In this document: piece after piece, positions 41,269 to 51,062 of the stretch
Position numbering within the stretch: position 1 is the first letter of the stretch
Layout of the letters: each line of letters starts with the position of its first letter
DNA from: Polyangiales bacterium
GTDB taxonomy: Bacteria > Myxococcota_A > Polyangia > Polyangiales > Ga0077539
DNA: 64,000 nucleotides
Direction: 5' to 3'
Assembly (NCBI GenBank): GCA_044229975.1
Contig: JBGARZ010000003.1
Coordinates: 384,001-448,000, forward strand
Notes under the pieces: generated by a model
Seen by the model: the letters and a program-made list of their open reading frames with translations, nothing else
Told to the model about the DNA's origin: nothing
The model's database searches: none
Made by a program: the position numbers and the translations under genes

Positions 41269-43164
41269 TCAGAGTCCGATGCGGATGGCGCGTGTCGCTT
41301 CCGAGGGTGGGAGCTTCACCCAGACCCAGCGCGTCGACGGCTCCACCCAGAAGCCCGTCGTGGCCGCGTCGAAGGCCGCGCGGTCGGCGACGCTCGTGAG
41401 CGCCGTCCCACCGACCGTCACCGTGCGAGCGCCCGCGTCGAAGCGGACGCGGAGGTGCACCGGCGTGGTCACCGGGCCGAGGCTGATGTCCACGCCGTCG
41501 AGCGCCCGCGCGGCGGTCACTGCGCTGCGGGTCGCGCCTTCGTGCAGGTAGAAGGTCGCGCTCGTGACGTCGGGGTACACGAGGATGGTGAGCGCGCCGC
41601 GCGAGGCGGCGGTGCCGAAGCCGAGCGAGGCGTCTTCGAGGTTGAGCGGGATGATGGAGCCCGAGCGGATCCACAGCGGGATCTGCTGGAGGTTCTCGTA
41701 CATCTGGTTTTCGAGCGTTCGGCCGCCCGCGAACGACGGCGCGTCCATGTCCCACCAGTTGAACCACTCGCCGGTCGGGATGGTGATGTTGCGGCGATTG
41801 GTCGCGTCGAGGATGGGCGCCACGAGGAAGGCCGGGCCCAGCTGGTAGGTGTAGTTGCGGGGCCAGTTACCCATCAACCCGACCGGGCGGATGATGGGCG
41901 GCGCGTTGCCCGCGTACGCCTCTTCAGCGAGCGCGTAGAGGTACGGCACCAGCGCGTGGTGGAGCTTCGCGTAGTAGCGGTAGATGGGCAGCAGCTCGTC
42001 GCCGCGAGCGGGCAGCGTCCACGGCGTGAGGTTGCCGCGACCGTGGAGCTGCATGAAGGGGCTGAGCGCGCTCACGGCCGTCCAGCGGGCGAAGTTCACC
42101 GGGTCGAAGGGGATGAAGGTCTCCAGCGCGCGGTCGTCGCGGTCGAGGTATCCGCCGAGGTCGGAGCCCACCATCACGTAGCCCGCCGCGGCCGAGCGGA
42201 ACGTGTGGTCGAGCGCGTCTTCGAGGCCGATCCAGTCGCGGCGGTTGTCGCCCACCCACGCCACCGGCGCGTGCTCCCGGCGCGCGAAGAACCTCCCCGC
42301 GAACTGGTACGACTCGTCCCAGGGGCGAACCATCGTCACGAAGTCCCGGCCGCGGCGCTGCACGCCGTACGCGAGGAAGTCGCGGTAGTACGCTTCGCTG
42401 TACTCCTGGTGGGGGTGGTTGCCGTCCGACGAGCGCACCTGCTCGGTGGTGATGTAGCTCTCGCCGAAGTCGAGCTTCCAGCCGTCGATGCCCGCGTCGA
42501 GCACGAGGTTCTGCTGCTGGTGCCACCACGTCGTGGCGCGCGGGTTGAAGAAGTCGACGCCCGCGCCGCGGCCCTTCCACCACGTAAAGAGCTGCCCCTC
42601 GTTGACGTAGAAGTTGCAGAACAACCCCTCGCGGAAGTTGGGCGACTCGCCGCGGTAGATGTCCCCGCCCATCTCCAGGTCGTAGCCCGACTGGTTCACC
42701 ATCTGGGTGGTCCAGAGGATGATCTTCACGCCCCGCATGTGGAGGTCGGTCACGAGCTGGTTGAAGTTGGGGTAGCGCGAGGGGTTGGGGACGAAGGTGT
42801 TGTAGTGCGTCTCCCACGGGCTATCGAGCACCACGGCGCCCACGGGGATGTCGCGCTCGCGGAAGCCGTCGACGAAGGCGTAGGTGTCGGCGGTGGTGGA
42901 GATGTCCTTGGAGATCCAGGGCTCGAAGGCCCAGCGCGCCGTGTGGATGGCCGGCACCGGGACATCATCGACGGCAGCGTCCCAGGTGCACGTGCCCGCG
43001 TCCTCGGGCGGCGCGACGTCCTCGACGACGGTGCCAGCGTCCGAGGCGTCGCCCGCGTCGGCGCGTCCGAGGTCGTTGGTCGCGGCGTCGTGGGTGGAGG
43101 GGCTTGCGTCGTCGCAGCCGAGGGCCGCGAAGGCGGCGATGGGGAGAAGGGTCCAGGCGCGCAT
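41269..43164 (-). CDS. Glycoside hydrolase family 31 lipoprotein
   Basis: Lipobox 'ALGC', 'VVLDSPW', nucleophile region 'DGWKLDFGE', 'WVGDN', 'GSDLGG' and 'PFMQLH'. Confidence 0.88.
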   Translation of the reverse strand: MRAWTLLPIAAFAALGCDDASPSTHDAATNDLGRADAGDASDAGTVVEDVAPPEDAGTCTWDAAVDDVPVPAIHTARWAFEPWISKDISTTADTYAFVDGFRERDIPVGAVVLDSPWETHYNTFVPNPSRYPNFNQLVTDLHMRGVKIILWTTQMVNQSGYDLEMGGDIYRGESPNFREGLFCNFYVNEGQLFTWWKGRGAGVDFFNPRATTWWHQQQNLVLDAGIDGWKLDFGESYITTEQVRSSDGNHPHQEYSEAYYRDFLAYGVQRRGRDFVTMVRPWDESYQFAGRFFARREHAPVAWVGDNRRDWIGLEDALDHTFRSAAAGYVMVGSDLGGYLDRDDRALETFIPFDPVNFARWTAVSALSPFMQLHGRGNLTPWTLPARGDELLPIYRYYAKLHHALVPYLYALAEEAYAGNAPPIIRPVGLMGNWPRNYTYQLGPAFLVAPILDATNRRNITIPTGEWFNWWDMDAPSFAGGRTLENQMYENLQQIPLWIRSGSIIPLNLEDASLGFGTAASRGALTILVYPDVTSATFYLHEGATRSAVTAARALDGVDISLGPVTTPVHLRVRFDAGARTVTVGGTALTSVADRAAFDAATTGFWVEPSTRWVWVKLPPSEATRAIRIGL

Positions 43165-43213
43165 CGGGGGCTCTCTCGTCGGTGGCCGCGTCGGTCGCGA
43201 CCGCCATGGAAGG

Positions 43214-44527
43214 TCAGTCGTAATATTCGAGGCCGAGGTGGGTGATGAGCTCTTCGCCCTTCATCCAGCGCAGGGTGTTCTTGAGCTTCATGAGCTGGAT
43301 GAACAGGTCGTGCTCGGGGTACAGGCCCGGCGCCGTCATGGGGCTCTTGAAGTAGAAGCTGAGCCACTCCTGGATGCCCGCCATCCCGGCTCGCTGCGCG
43401 AGGTCGAGGAAGAGCGCGAGGTCGAGGACGATGGGCGCCGCGAGGATGGAGTCGCGGCAGAGGAAGTCGATCTTGATCTGCATCGGATAGTTGAGCCATC
43501 CGAAGATATCGATGTTGTCCCAGCCCTCTTTGTTGTCCCCACGCGGCGGGTAGTAGTTGATGCGAACGACGTGGGAGTAGTGCCCGTAGAGCTTCGGGTA
43601 GAGGTGCGGCTGGAAGATGTGCTCCAGCACCCCGAGCTTGGAGACCTCCTTGGACTTGAAGCTCTCCGGATCATCGAGAACCTCGCCGTCGCGGTTGCCC
43701 AGGATGTTGGTGCTGTACCAACCATCGAGCCCGAGCAGGCGCGCCTTGAGGCCCGGCGCCAGGATGGTCTTCATCCACGTCTGGCCGGTCTTGAAGTCCT
43801 TGCCCGCGATGGGCGTCCCCTCGCGGCGCGCGAGCTCGTGCAGCGCCGGGAAGTCGAGCGAGAGGTTGGGCGCGCCGTTGGCGTACGGCACCCCCGAGCG
43901 GATGCACGCGTACGCGTAGATCGCTGACGGCGCGATGTCGTCGGAGCTGTCGCGCAGGCCCTGCTCGAAGGCTTCGAGCGTCGCGTGGACGGCCGTCGGC
44001 GGGCGCCAGGTCTCGGTGGAGCCGCACCAGATGGCGACGCAGCGGTCGACGCCGCGCTCGGCCTTGAAGGTGGCGATGTCCTCCATGAGCTGCTCGGCGA
44101 GGTGCATCTTGGAGGTGCCGGTCTTCACGTGCGGACCATCGAGCCGCTTCACGTAGCCGGGGTCGAAGACGGCCTTCATCGGGCGCACCGTCTCCAGGAA
44201 GTCCTTGACCGCCGAGAGGTGCTCCTTGGAGAGCACGCCGGCCTTCGAGGCGGCGGTGTACGCGTCGTCGGGGAAGAGGTCCCACGCGCCGAACTCGATG
44301 CTGTCGAGCGGCGCGAGCGGAACGAAGTCCGCGATGCGCGGAGACGTCCCATCGGTGCGCTTGCCCAGGCGGATGGTGCCCAGCTGGGTGAGCGATCCGA
44401 CGGGCTCGGCGGCGCCCCGGCGGATGAGCTCCACGCCCGCGATGAACGTGGTGGCAACGGCGCCGAGGCCGGGGAGGAGGATCCCGAGGCGGCCGCGGAC
44501 TGGTCGGACTTCAGACGGGTTCTTCAT
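43214..44527 (-). CDS. ino1: Inositol-3-phosphate (myo-inositol-1-phosphate) synthase
   Basis: 'GLGAVATT', 'ANGAPN', 'GKDFKTGQT', 'STNILGNRDG', 'GDNKEGWDNID' and 'CRDSILAAP'. Confidence 0.95.
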   Translation of the reverse strand: MKNPSEVRPVRGRLGILLPGLGAVATTFIAGVELIRRGAAEPVGSLTQLGTIRLGKRTDGTSPRIADFVPLAPLDSIEFGAWDLFPDDAYTAASKAGVLSKEHLSAVKDFLETVRPMKAVFDPGYVKRLDGPHVKTGTSKMHLAEQLMEDIATFKAERGVDRCVAIWCGSTETWRPPTAVHATLEAFEQGLRDSSDDIAPSAIYAYACIRSGVPYANGAPNLSLDFPALHELARREGTPIAGKDFKTGQTWMKTILAPGLKARLLGLDGWYSTNILGNRDGEVLDDPESFKSKEVSKLGVLEHIFQPHLYPKLYGHYSHVVRINYYPPRGDNKEGWDNIDIFGWLNYPMQIKIDFLCRDSILAAPIVLDLALFLDLAQRAGMAGIQEWLSFYFKSPMTAPGLYPEHDLFIQLMKLKNTLRWMKGEELITHLGLEYYD

Positions 44528-44564
44528 GCGAGGGCGCGGACCCTAACAGACGCGCCCCAGCGCC

Positions 44565-45812
44565 TCAACGCGACTCTGGTGACACCGCAGCTTCGCGCGG
44601 AAGCCGCATCCACAGCGGAATCGCCAGCGCCGCGGGGATGGCCGCCGCCAGGCTCCAGCCGTGCAACCACCCACGACCGATGAGCACGCCCGACAGCAGC
44701 GGACCGATGATCTGCGCGAGCGAGGTCATGGACTGCGTGAGGCCGAGCACCACGCCCTGCTCTTCGCGGTTGCAACGCTGCGTGATCATCGCCGTCAACG
44801 GCGCACGGAGGGTGCTCGACCCGACCGCGGAGATCGCGGCGCTCACCAGCACCGTCGAGAGGCCGGTGGCCTGACCCAGCACGAGGTAGGAGGTTCCTGC
44901 GGCGACGAAGCCGAGGCCCACCAGGCGGCGCTCGCCGAAGCGCTTCACCGCCCGGCCGATGAGCCCACCCTGGAGGAAGATGCCGAGCAGCCCCGAGAAC
45001 GCCAGCACATAGCCGACCTCGCGCGGTCCCCACGGCAGGCCCGCCGCGGTGCGCAGGCGGCGCTCGGCGAAGAGGGCGAAGCCCGAGGTGAAGAGCGCAA
45101 ACGAGAGCGCGAAGCAGAAGAAGAGCGCCAGCAGCAGGCCCAGCGTCGGATGGCGGAAGTAGCGCGTGTAGCCCGACCACGAGAGCACGCTCAAGCGACG
45201 ACCCGCGGGCGGTGCGGGCGCATCCGCCGCGGCGGTGGCGGGGAGATCGGTGGCGGCAGCGCGTTGTGCAATCGTGGGGTCGCGCAGGAGCAGGGCGGTG
45301 GCGGCGACGCTGGTGGCCGAGAGCGCGGCGGCGGCGTAGATGGGCCAGCGGTGGTCGTAGTGGGCGAGCCACCCGGACACGGCGGGGCCGACGAGGAAGC
45401 CGAGACCGAACGAGACGCCGATGACGGCGAAGGCGCGGGCGCGCTGCGAGGGGGCGGTGACGTCGGTGATGTACGCCTGGGCGATGGTGAGGTTGCCCGC
45501 CGTGGCGCCGTCGATGACCCGCGACGCGAACACCATCCACAACACATCGGCGCGGGCGAGGAGGATGAAGCCGAGGAAGGTTCCGACCTGGGAGACGAGG
45601 AGCAGCGGGCGGCGGCCGAAGCGGTCGGAGAGCCCGCCGAGGATGGGACCCGAGACGAGCTGACACGCGGCGAAGGTGGCGCCGAGCAGGCCCACCACCA
45701 TGGGCGAGGCGCCGAAGCGCTCGGCGTAGAAGGGCAGCAGCGGGAGGATGAGCGTCAGGCCGAGGATGTCGACGAGGACGACGAGGAAGATCGGCAGCAG
45801 GGCGGAGGGCAT
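44565..45812 (-). CDS. MFS transporter (TetA/DHA1-like)
   Basis: Motif A 'GGLSDRFGRRP', 'SRVIDGATAG' and 'GLGFLVGPAVSG'; about 12 TM segments. Confidence 0.93.
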   Translation of the reverse strand: MPSALLPIFLVVLVDILGLTLILPLLPFYAERFGASPMVVGLLGATFAACQLVSGPILGGLSDRFGRRPLLLVSQVGTFLGFILLARADVLWMVFASRVIDGATAGNLTIAQAYITDVTAPSQRARAFAVIGVSFGLGFLVGPAVSGWLAHYDHRWPIYAAAALSATSVAATALLLRDPTIAQRAAATDLPATAAADAPAPPAGRRLSVLSWSGYTRYFRHPTLGLLLALFFCFALSFALFTSGFALFAERRLRTAAGLPWGPREVGYVLAFSGLLGIFLQGGLIGRAVKRFGERRLVGLGFVAAGTSYLVLGQATGLSTVLVSAAISAVGSSTLRAPLTAMITQRCNREEQGVVLGLTQSMTSLAQIIGPLLSGVLIGRGWLHGWSLAAAIPAALAIPLWMRLPREAAVSPESR

Positions 45813-45919
45813 CGGCGGGGGTGACGCGTCGGATGCACCCGATGGGGCGTCGGGCGCAAGGGAAGGACGAGGGGTTCACGCTGCTCGCGCGGTCGTGGTA
45901 ACGCTCGCGGCCGCCCGCC

Positions 45920-46849
45920 ATGGCCGACCTCAGCTTTCGCGCGACGATCAAGCCGGTGGAGGTCGAGGAGCTCATCGACCTCTTCTTCCATCGGCCCATC
46001 GCGCACCTCATCGCCCGCGCCGCCTACCCCACGGCCGTCACGCCCGACCAGCTCACCATCGTGTCGATGTTCGTCGGCATCGCGTCGGGCTGGTGCACCT
46101 GGTCGTCGCTCTCACGCGGCCCGTCCTGGCTCGCCGCGGGCGGCGCGCTGCTCATCGCCTCGGCCATCGTCGATTGCTCCGACGGGCAGCTCGCCCGCAT
46201 GCGCCAGTCGAGCTCGCGCTTCGGCCGCATGCTCGACGGGCTCGTCGACGCCATCGTGCAGCTCGCGGTGCTCCCGGCCGTCGTCGCCCACGTCTGGGTG
46301 ACCCACCGCGCCGACCACACCACCGCCCTCGCGTGGGTGCTCCTCACCGTGGTCGCCATCGTGACGGGCTCGATACACACCACCCTCTACGACCACTTCA
46401 AGAACGTCTATCTCGTCCACACCCAGCTCACGCGCCGCGAGGGCAATGACGACCCCGAGGAGGTCGAGGCCGCCTACGCCGGGCTCCAGTCCAACGGGCT
46501 GCGCCTCTACGACGCCATCCGCTTCTTCCTCTACCGGCGGTACGTCCCGCAGCAGCGCGCCCTGCTCGGTTGGGTCGACCCCTCCATCCCCGCCCGCTTC
46601 AGCGCCATGCCGCTGTACTCCATCGAGCGCGCGGCCCGCTACCGGCTCCTGCACCGCGGCGTCATGCGCGCCTGGAGCTTCTACGGCATCGGGACCCACA
46701 TCTTCGGCCTCGGCGTCGCCATGATGACCGACCACGTCACGGCCTACGTCGTCGCCCGCGCGGTGGGCTTCAACCTCGCGCTGCTCGTCCTCATCCCCAC
46801 GCAGCGCCGCGCCTCGAAGACCTTCTTCACCACCGAGTCCATGTCGTGA
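45920..46849 (+). CDS. CDP-alcohol phosphotransferase family protein
   Basis: Signature 'DCSDGQLARMRQSSSRFGRMLDGLVD' and 'TPDQLT'. Confidence 0.93.
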   Translation: MADLSFRATIKPVEVEELIDLFFHRPIAHLIARAAYPTAVTPDQLTIVSMFVGIASGWCTWSSLSRGPSWLAAGGALLIASAIVDCSDGQLARMRQSSSRFGRMLDGLVDAIVQLAVLPAVVAHVWVTHRADHTTALAWVLLTVVAIVTGSIHTTLYDHFKNVYLVHTQLTRREGNDDPEEVEAAYAGLQSNGLRLYDAIRFFLYRRYVPQQRALLGWVDPSIPARFSAMPLYSIERAARYRLLHRGVMRAWSFYGIGTHIFGLGVAMMTDHVTAYVVARAVGFNLALLVLIPTQRRASKTFFTTESMS

Positions 46850-47568
46850 CCACCGCCATCCTCCTCGTCGCGGGCGTCGGCAGCCGGCTCCGTCCGCTCA
46901 CCGATGCGCGCCCCAAGTGTCTCGTTCCGCTCGGGGAGGAGACCATCCTGGCGCGACAGGTGAGGCTGCTCGCCGCCGCGGGCGTCACCCAACTCGTGCT
47001 GTCCACCGGCTTCGCCGCCGAGGCCGTGCACGCCGCGCTCGCCGACTGCGCCCTCCCCTGCACCTTCGCCCACAACCCCGACTACGCCTCCACCCAGAAC
47101 ATCGTCTCCCTCCACCGCGCCCTCGCCGTCGCCCCGCCGGGTGACGTGGTGAAGCTCGATGGCGACGTGGTGTTCACCGACGCGCTCCTGCCGAGGGTGT
47201 TGCGACGGAGCGACAGCGCCGTGGTGGCCGTCGACGATCGGCAGCCGGTGCGCGACGAGGCGATGAAGGTGCGCGCCGTCGAGGGCGTCGCCGAGCGCTT
47301 CGGCAAGGGCATCCCGGTGGCCGAGGCGATGGGGGAGTCCATCGGGGTGGAGTGGTTCGGGGCCGAGGCGCGCGCGGTGCTCACCGACGTGGTGGCCGCG
47401 GCCGTGGCGGGCGGGCGCACGGACCTCTATTACGAAGACGTGTACGCCGAGGTCATCGGGCGGGGAGTGCGGATGGCCTGCGCCGGGGTGGGCGACCTGC
47501 CCTGGACGGAGGTCGACGACCGGGAAGACCTCGCCCGCGCCGAGGCCCTGGTGCGCGCCGCAGGTTGA
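46846..47568 (+). CDS. Phosphocholine/sugar-phosphate cytidylyltransferase-like NTP transferase (LicC-like)
   Basis: 'AILLVAGVGSRLRPLTDARPKCL', 'HNPDYASTQN', 'DGDVV', 'GESIG', 'YYED' and 'WTEVDD'. GTG start overlaps the upstream stop. Confidence 0.9.
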   Translation: MTTAILLVAGVGSRLRPLTDARPKCLVPLGEETILARQVRLLAAAGVTQLVLSTGFAAEAVHAALADCALPCTFAHNPDYASTQNIVSLHRALAVAPPGDVVKLDGDVVFTDALLPRVLRRSDSAVVAVDDRQPVRDEAMKVRAVEGVAERFGKGIPVAEAMGESIGVEWFGAEARAVLTDVVAAAVAGGRTDLYYEDVYAEVIGRGVRMACAGVGDLPWTEVDDREDLARAEALVRAAG

Positions 47569-47688
47569 TTGCGACGCGAAGGCCGACCGTGTTAGAGCCG
47601 CGCGGTTGATGCGGTTCGGCCACCACGGCCGCCCCGCTTGCGTTGAAGCGCGGCGAAAGACCGGTGGTTTCGTGAGGCGTGTGAATCC

Positions 47689-49617
47689 ATGAGCGGGGCG
47701 GCGAAGCGTCGGGTCGAGCGGGCCATCATCCTCGCGGCGGGTCGCGGGTCGCGGCTCGATCGTGGGGATGCGCTGCCGAAGCCCTTGCGCCCGATCGCGG
47801 GCGTTCCGCTCATCGGGCGCATCCTGCGCACGCTCGCCTCGGAGGGCATCCGCGAGGCGGTGGTGGTCGTCGGCTACGAGGGCGACCGCATCCAGGCCGC
47901 CCTCACCGACGAGGCGCTGCACGCCGGGGTGACCGTTCACTTCGTGCAAAACGACCGGTGGGAGCGCTCCAACGGGCTGTCGCTCCTCGCCGCGCGCGAG
48001 TGGCTCGACCGCGAGTGCCTGCTGACCATGGCCGACCACCTCGTCGCCCCGGCGCTCCTGCGGCGCCTCGTGCGCGCGGAGATTCCGGCCGGGGCCTGTG
48101 CGCTGGGCGTGGACTTCGACATCGAGCGCTGCTTCGACCTCGACGACGCCACCAAGGTGCTGGTCGAGGCGGGTCGCATCGGCGCCATCAGCAAGGAGCT
48201 CGACGCCTTCAACGCCATCGACACGGGCATCTTCCGGGTCAACGGCGCGCTGGCCGACGCGCTCGAAGAGGTCCACGCGCAGCGGGGCGACGCGTCGTTG
48301 TCGGAGGGCGTCCGCGCGCTCGCGGCGGCGGGGCGCTTCGTGGCGGTGGACGTCGGCGACGCCCGCTGGATCGACGTCGACACCCCCGAGGCCCAGGCCC
48401 GCGCCGAGGCGATGCTGCGGGTGTTTGGCGACGGCCTCGACGACGCTGACGGCGACCATGTGCCCGAGCACCCCATCGAGCCCGAGGCGATGGAGATGTT
48501 CGCGCCCTCGTGGGTGCGCGGCGCTGCGCCGTACCGCGAGGACCACTTTGCGCTGGCCGATCAGGAGGCGCGCAACGGCAACGACGAATTCGCGCGGCTG
48601 ATGTCCAACGAGAGCCCCTTTCCCCCGTCGGCCCGCGTGGTCGAGGCGGTGGTGAAGGCGCTCACCCGCGGGCACCGCTACCCCGACGCGTCGATGACCC
48701 GCGAGCTGCGGTCGCGGCTGGCGGCGAGCGTCGGCCTCGACGGCGACTGCTGCGTGCTGGGCGCCGGGTCGAGCGAGATCATCGACCTGCTGGTGCGCGC
48801 CTTCGTGGCGCCCGGCGAGGAGGTCGTCATCGCGGTGCCGACGTTCTCGATGTACGAGGCGCGCACGCGGCTGGCGGGTGGTGTGCCCATCCTGGTGCCG
48901 ATGCGCGATGACCTGGAGCTCGACGCGTCGGCCGTGATGCGCGCGGTGACCGAGCGCACGAAGCTGGTGTTTCTCTGCTCGCCCAACAATCCGACGGGGC
49001 GGCGGCTCGACGAGGGCACCCTGCGACGGGTGCTGCGGCCGGGCATCCCGGTGGTGGTCGACGAGGCGTACGTGGAGTTCAGCGACGAGAACCACTCCGT
49101 CGCGGGGATGATCGCGTCGACGCCCAACCTCATCGTGGCGCGCACCTTCTCGAAGGCCTACGGGCTCGCCGGACTCCGCGTCGGCTACGCGCTCTCGTGC
49201 GCTCCGGTCGCGCGGCTCCTGAGCCGGGTGAAGCTCCCCTGGAACGTCTCCACCGTGGCGTTGGCCGCGGCGCTGGCGGCGCTCGACGACGCGGCGGAGT
49301 ACGACCGCCAGCGAGCGCTGCTGCGCGAAGAGCGCGCGGTGCTGCGGCGTGAGCTGGGCGCGCTGCCGGGCGTGTCGGCCTTCGATGGGGACGGCAACTT
49401 CCTGCTGCTGGACATCCACGACACCGGGTGGAGCGCCGAGGCGCTGGTGCAGTCGCTGCTCGCGGACGGGGTGTTCATCCGGGGCTTGGCGAGCCACCAC
49501 CTGCGGCGCGGCTGGGTGCGCGTCTCGGTGGGCGCGCCCGACGCCAACCGGCGCTGCATCGAGTCGCTGCGCAAGGCGCTCACGCGCGGTCGCGGTGTGC
49601 GGCCGGCGGTGCACTGA
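47689..49617 (+). CDS. Fusion of NTP transferase (IPCT/LicC-like) and HisC/CobD-like class I/II PLP enzyme
   Basis: N-half 'AIILAAGRGSRL..PKPL', 'SNGLSL', 'MADH', 'DTGIF', 'WIDVDT'. C-half 'SNESP', 'GSSEII', 'CSPNNPTG', 'DEAYVEF', 'RTFSKAYGLAGLRVGY'. Confidence 0.92.
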   Translation: MSGAAKRRVERAIILAAGRGSRLDRGDALPKPLRPIAGVPLIGRILRTLASEGIREAVVVVGYEGDRIQAALTDEALHAGVTVHFVQNDRWERSNGLSLLAAREWLDRECLLTMADHLVAPALLRRLVRAEIPAGACALGVDFDIERCFDLDDATKVLVEAGRIGAISKELDAFNAIDTGIFRVNGALADALEEVHAQRGDASLSEGVRALAAAGRFVAVDVGDARWIDVDTPEAQARAEAMLRVFGDGLDDADGDHVPEHPIEPEAMEMFAPSWVRGAAPYREDHFALADQEARNGNDEFARLMSNESPFPPSARVVEAVVKALTRGHRYPDASMTRELRSRLAASVGLDGDCCVLGAGSSEIIDLLVRAFVAPGEEVVIAVPTFSMYEARTRLAGGVPILVPMRDDLELDASAVMRAVTERTKLVFLCSPNNPTGRRLDEGTLRRVLRPGIPVVVDEAYVEFSDENHSVAGMIASTPNLIVARTFSKAYGLAGLRVGYALSCAPVARLLSRVKLPWNVSTVALAAALAALDDAAEYDRQRALLREERAVLRRELGALPGVSAFDGDGNFLLLDIHDTGWSAEALVQSLLADGVFIRGLASHHLRRGWVRVSVGAPDANRRCIESLRKALTRGRGVRPAVH

Positions 49618-49820
49618 TCGGGCGGGGGCGCAAGCGCCTACAGCTTCGCCGCGGCTCCTCCCGCAACCCTTGAGCGGCGCCTCCTCCATCACGCACACCA
49701 GGCGCGGTGACAGCGTGAACCACCACCTTGCGGTCACGTCGCTCCGCCGCCAGGGCGATCCCTGTCGGGTGGGTCACGATTCCGCCGCCGCCCGCACGCC
49801 ACGGGCACGGCGGCCGACGA

Positions 49821-50886
49821 GGGTCGATCCCCGCGTGTGCGGGGGAGCCAGCGAGTCCGGCTTGATGAGGATGGCCATGGTGGGTCGATCCCCGCGTGTG
49901 CGGGGGAGCCTCGACGAAGCCGAGGGGGTTCTCGTTGGTGGCGGGTCGATCCCCGCGTGTGCGGGGGAGCCATGCTCGAGCGGGTCAGCGCGTACCACGC
50001 GTCGGGTCGATCCCCGCGTGTGCGGGGGAGCCCGCACCCTTCCTACCGGCGGAGTCCGAGCCGCGGGTCGATCCCCGCGTGTGCGGGGGAGCCAGAGATT
50101 CTTCGCGGCGCCCTCAAGCTCGAAAGGGTCGATCCCCGCGTGTGCGGGGGAGCCCGGTCGCGTGAGCGGTCCCGGCCCCGGATGACGGGTCGATCCCCGC
50201 GTGTGCGGGGGAGCCCCGAGTCGCGGCGACGATCAGCCCCTCGACGAGGGTCGATCCCCGCGTGTGCGGGGGAGCCTTGTTGGAGCGTCAGCGAGCGAGT
50301 CATGCCGTGGGTCGATCCCCGCGTGTGCGGGGGAGCCAACTCGCCGAGCTGCGCCACCGTCCAGGTGCGGGGTCGATCCCCGCGTGTGCGGGGGAGCCCA
50401 GCCGAGCCTCGACGTGCGGCCCTGCGCCTCGGGTCGATCCCCGCGTGTGCGGGGGAGCCGTGCCCCACCGCGCGTACGACCACTCGTACCAGGGTCGATC
50501 CCCGCGTGTGCGGGGGAGCCCCGCGCCACGGCAACAAGAAGCAGAATCTCTGGGGTCGATCCCCGCGTGTGCGGGGGAGCCGTGCCCTGATCGACGCCGA
50601 CGAGGCGCGCGATGGGTCGATCCCCGCGTGTGCGGGGGAGCCACGGTGCGGAAGTCGAGCGTCTCCCCGCCCTTGGGTCGATCCCCGCGTGTGCGGGGGA
50701 GCCGCTCGCTGAAGCCCGCGATGGCAAAGGACTGCGGGTCGATCCCCGCGTGTGCGGGGGAGCCATCGACTTCGGGAACATCCCCGGCATCATCGCGGGT
50801 CGATCCCCGCGTGTGCGGGGGAGCCAGCCCACGTCGAGCGTCACAACCGCGGGTCTCGGGTCGATCCCCGCGTGTGCGGGGGAGCC
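49821..50886 (-). CRISPR. Type I-E CRISPR array, leader-distal part: 18 repeats, 17 spacers
   Basis: 29-bp repeat GGGTCGATCCCCGCGTGTGCGGGGGAGCC on + (GGCTCCCCCGCACACGCGGGGATCGACCC in the transcribed orientation), 32-bp spacers, 61-bp period (49821 to 50858 = 17 x 61). Confidence 0.98.
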
Positions 50887-51062
50887 TACTTGCGCTTGTC
50901 AAACACCTACCAACAAGAAATGGCGGACGTCCGTTGGCGCGGCCTGGCGAGCGCCTTGGCGTGACCGGCTGACGCTCGGGCGCTCGTTGGTTTTGGCGTC
51001 GCAGCGATCGCCGTCGAGCCCGTCGCCGTCGGGGTCGCCCACGGTGTGCGGGCGCCTCGCCG

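Noticed and set aside
49753..49790. Possible degenerate terminal CRISPR repeat (minus strand ...CAGGGATCGCCC)
   Set aside because: Only the 3' tail resembles the repeat and it is off the 61-bp register, so it was not counted.
49850..49881. Spacer whose reverse strand translates to TMAILIKPDS, reminiscent of the Ndk N-terminus (possible self-target)
   Set aside because: Ten residues is too little evidence and no target is present in the window; it needs a BLASTN against the genome.
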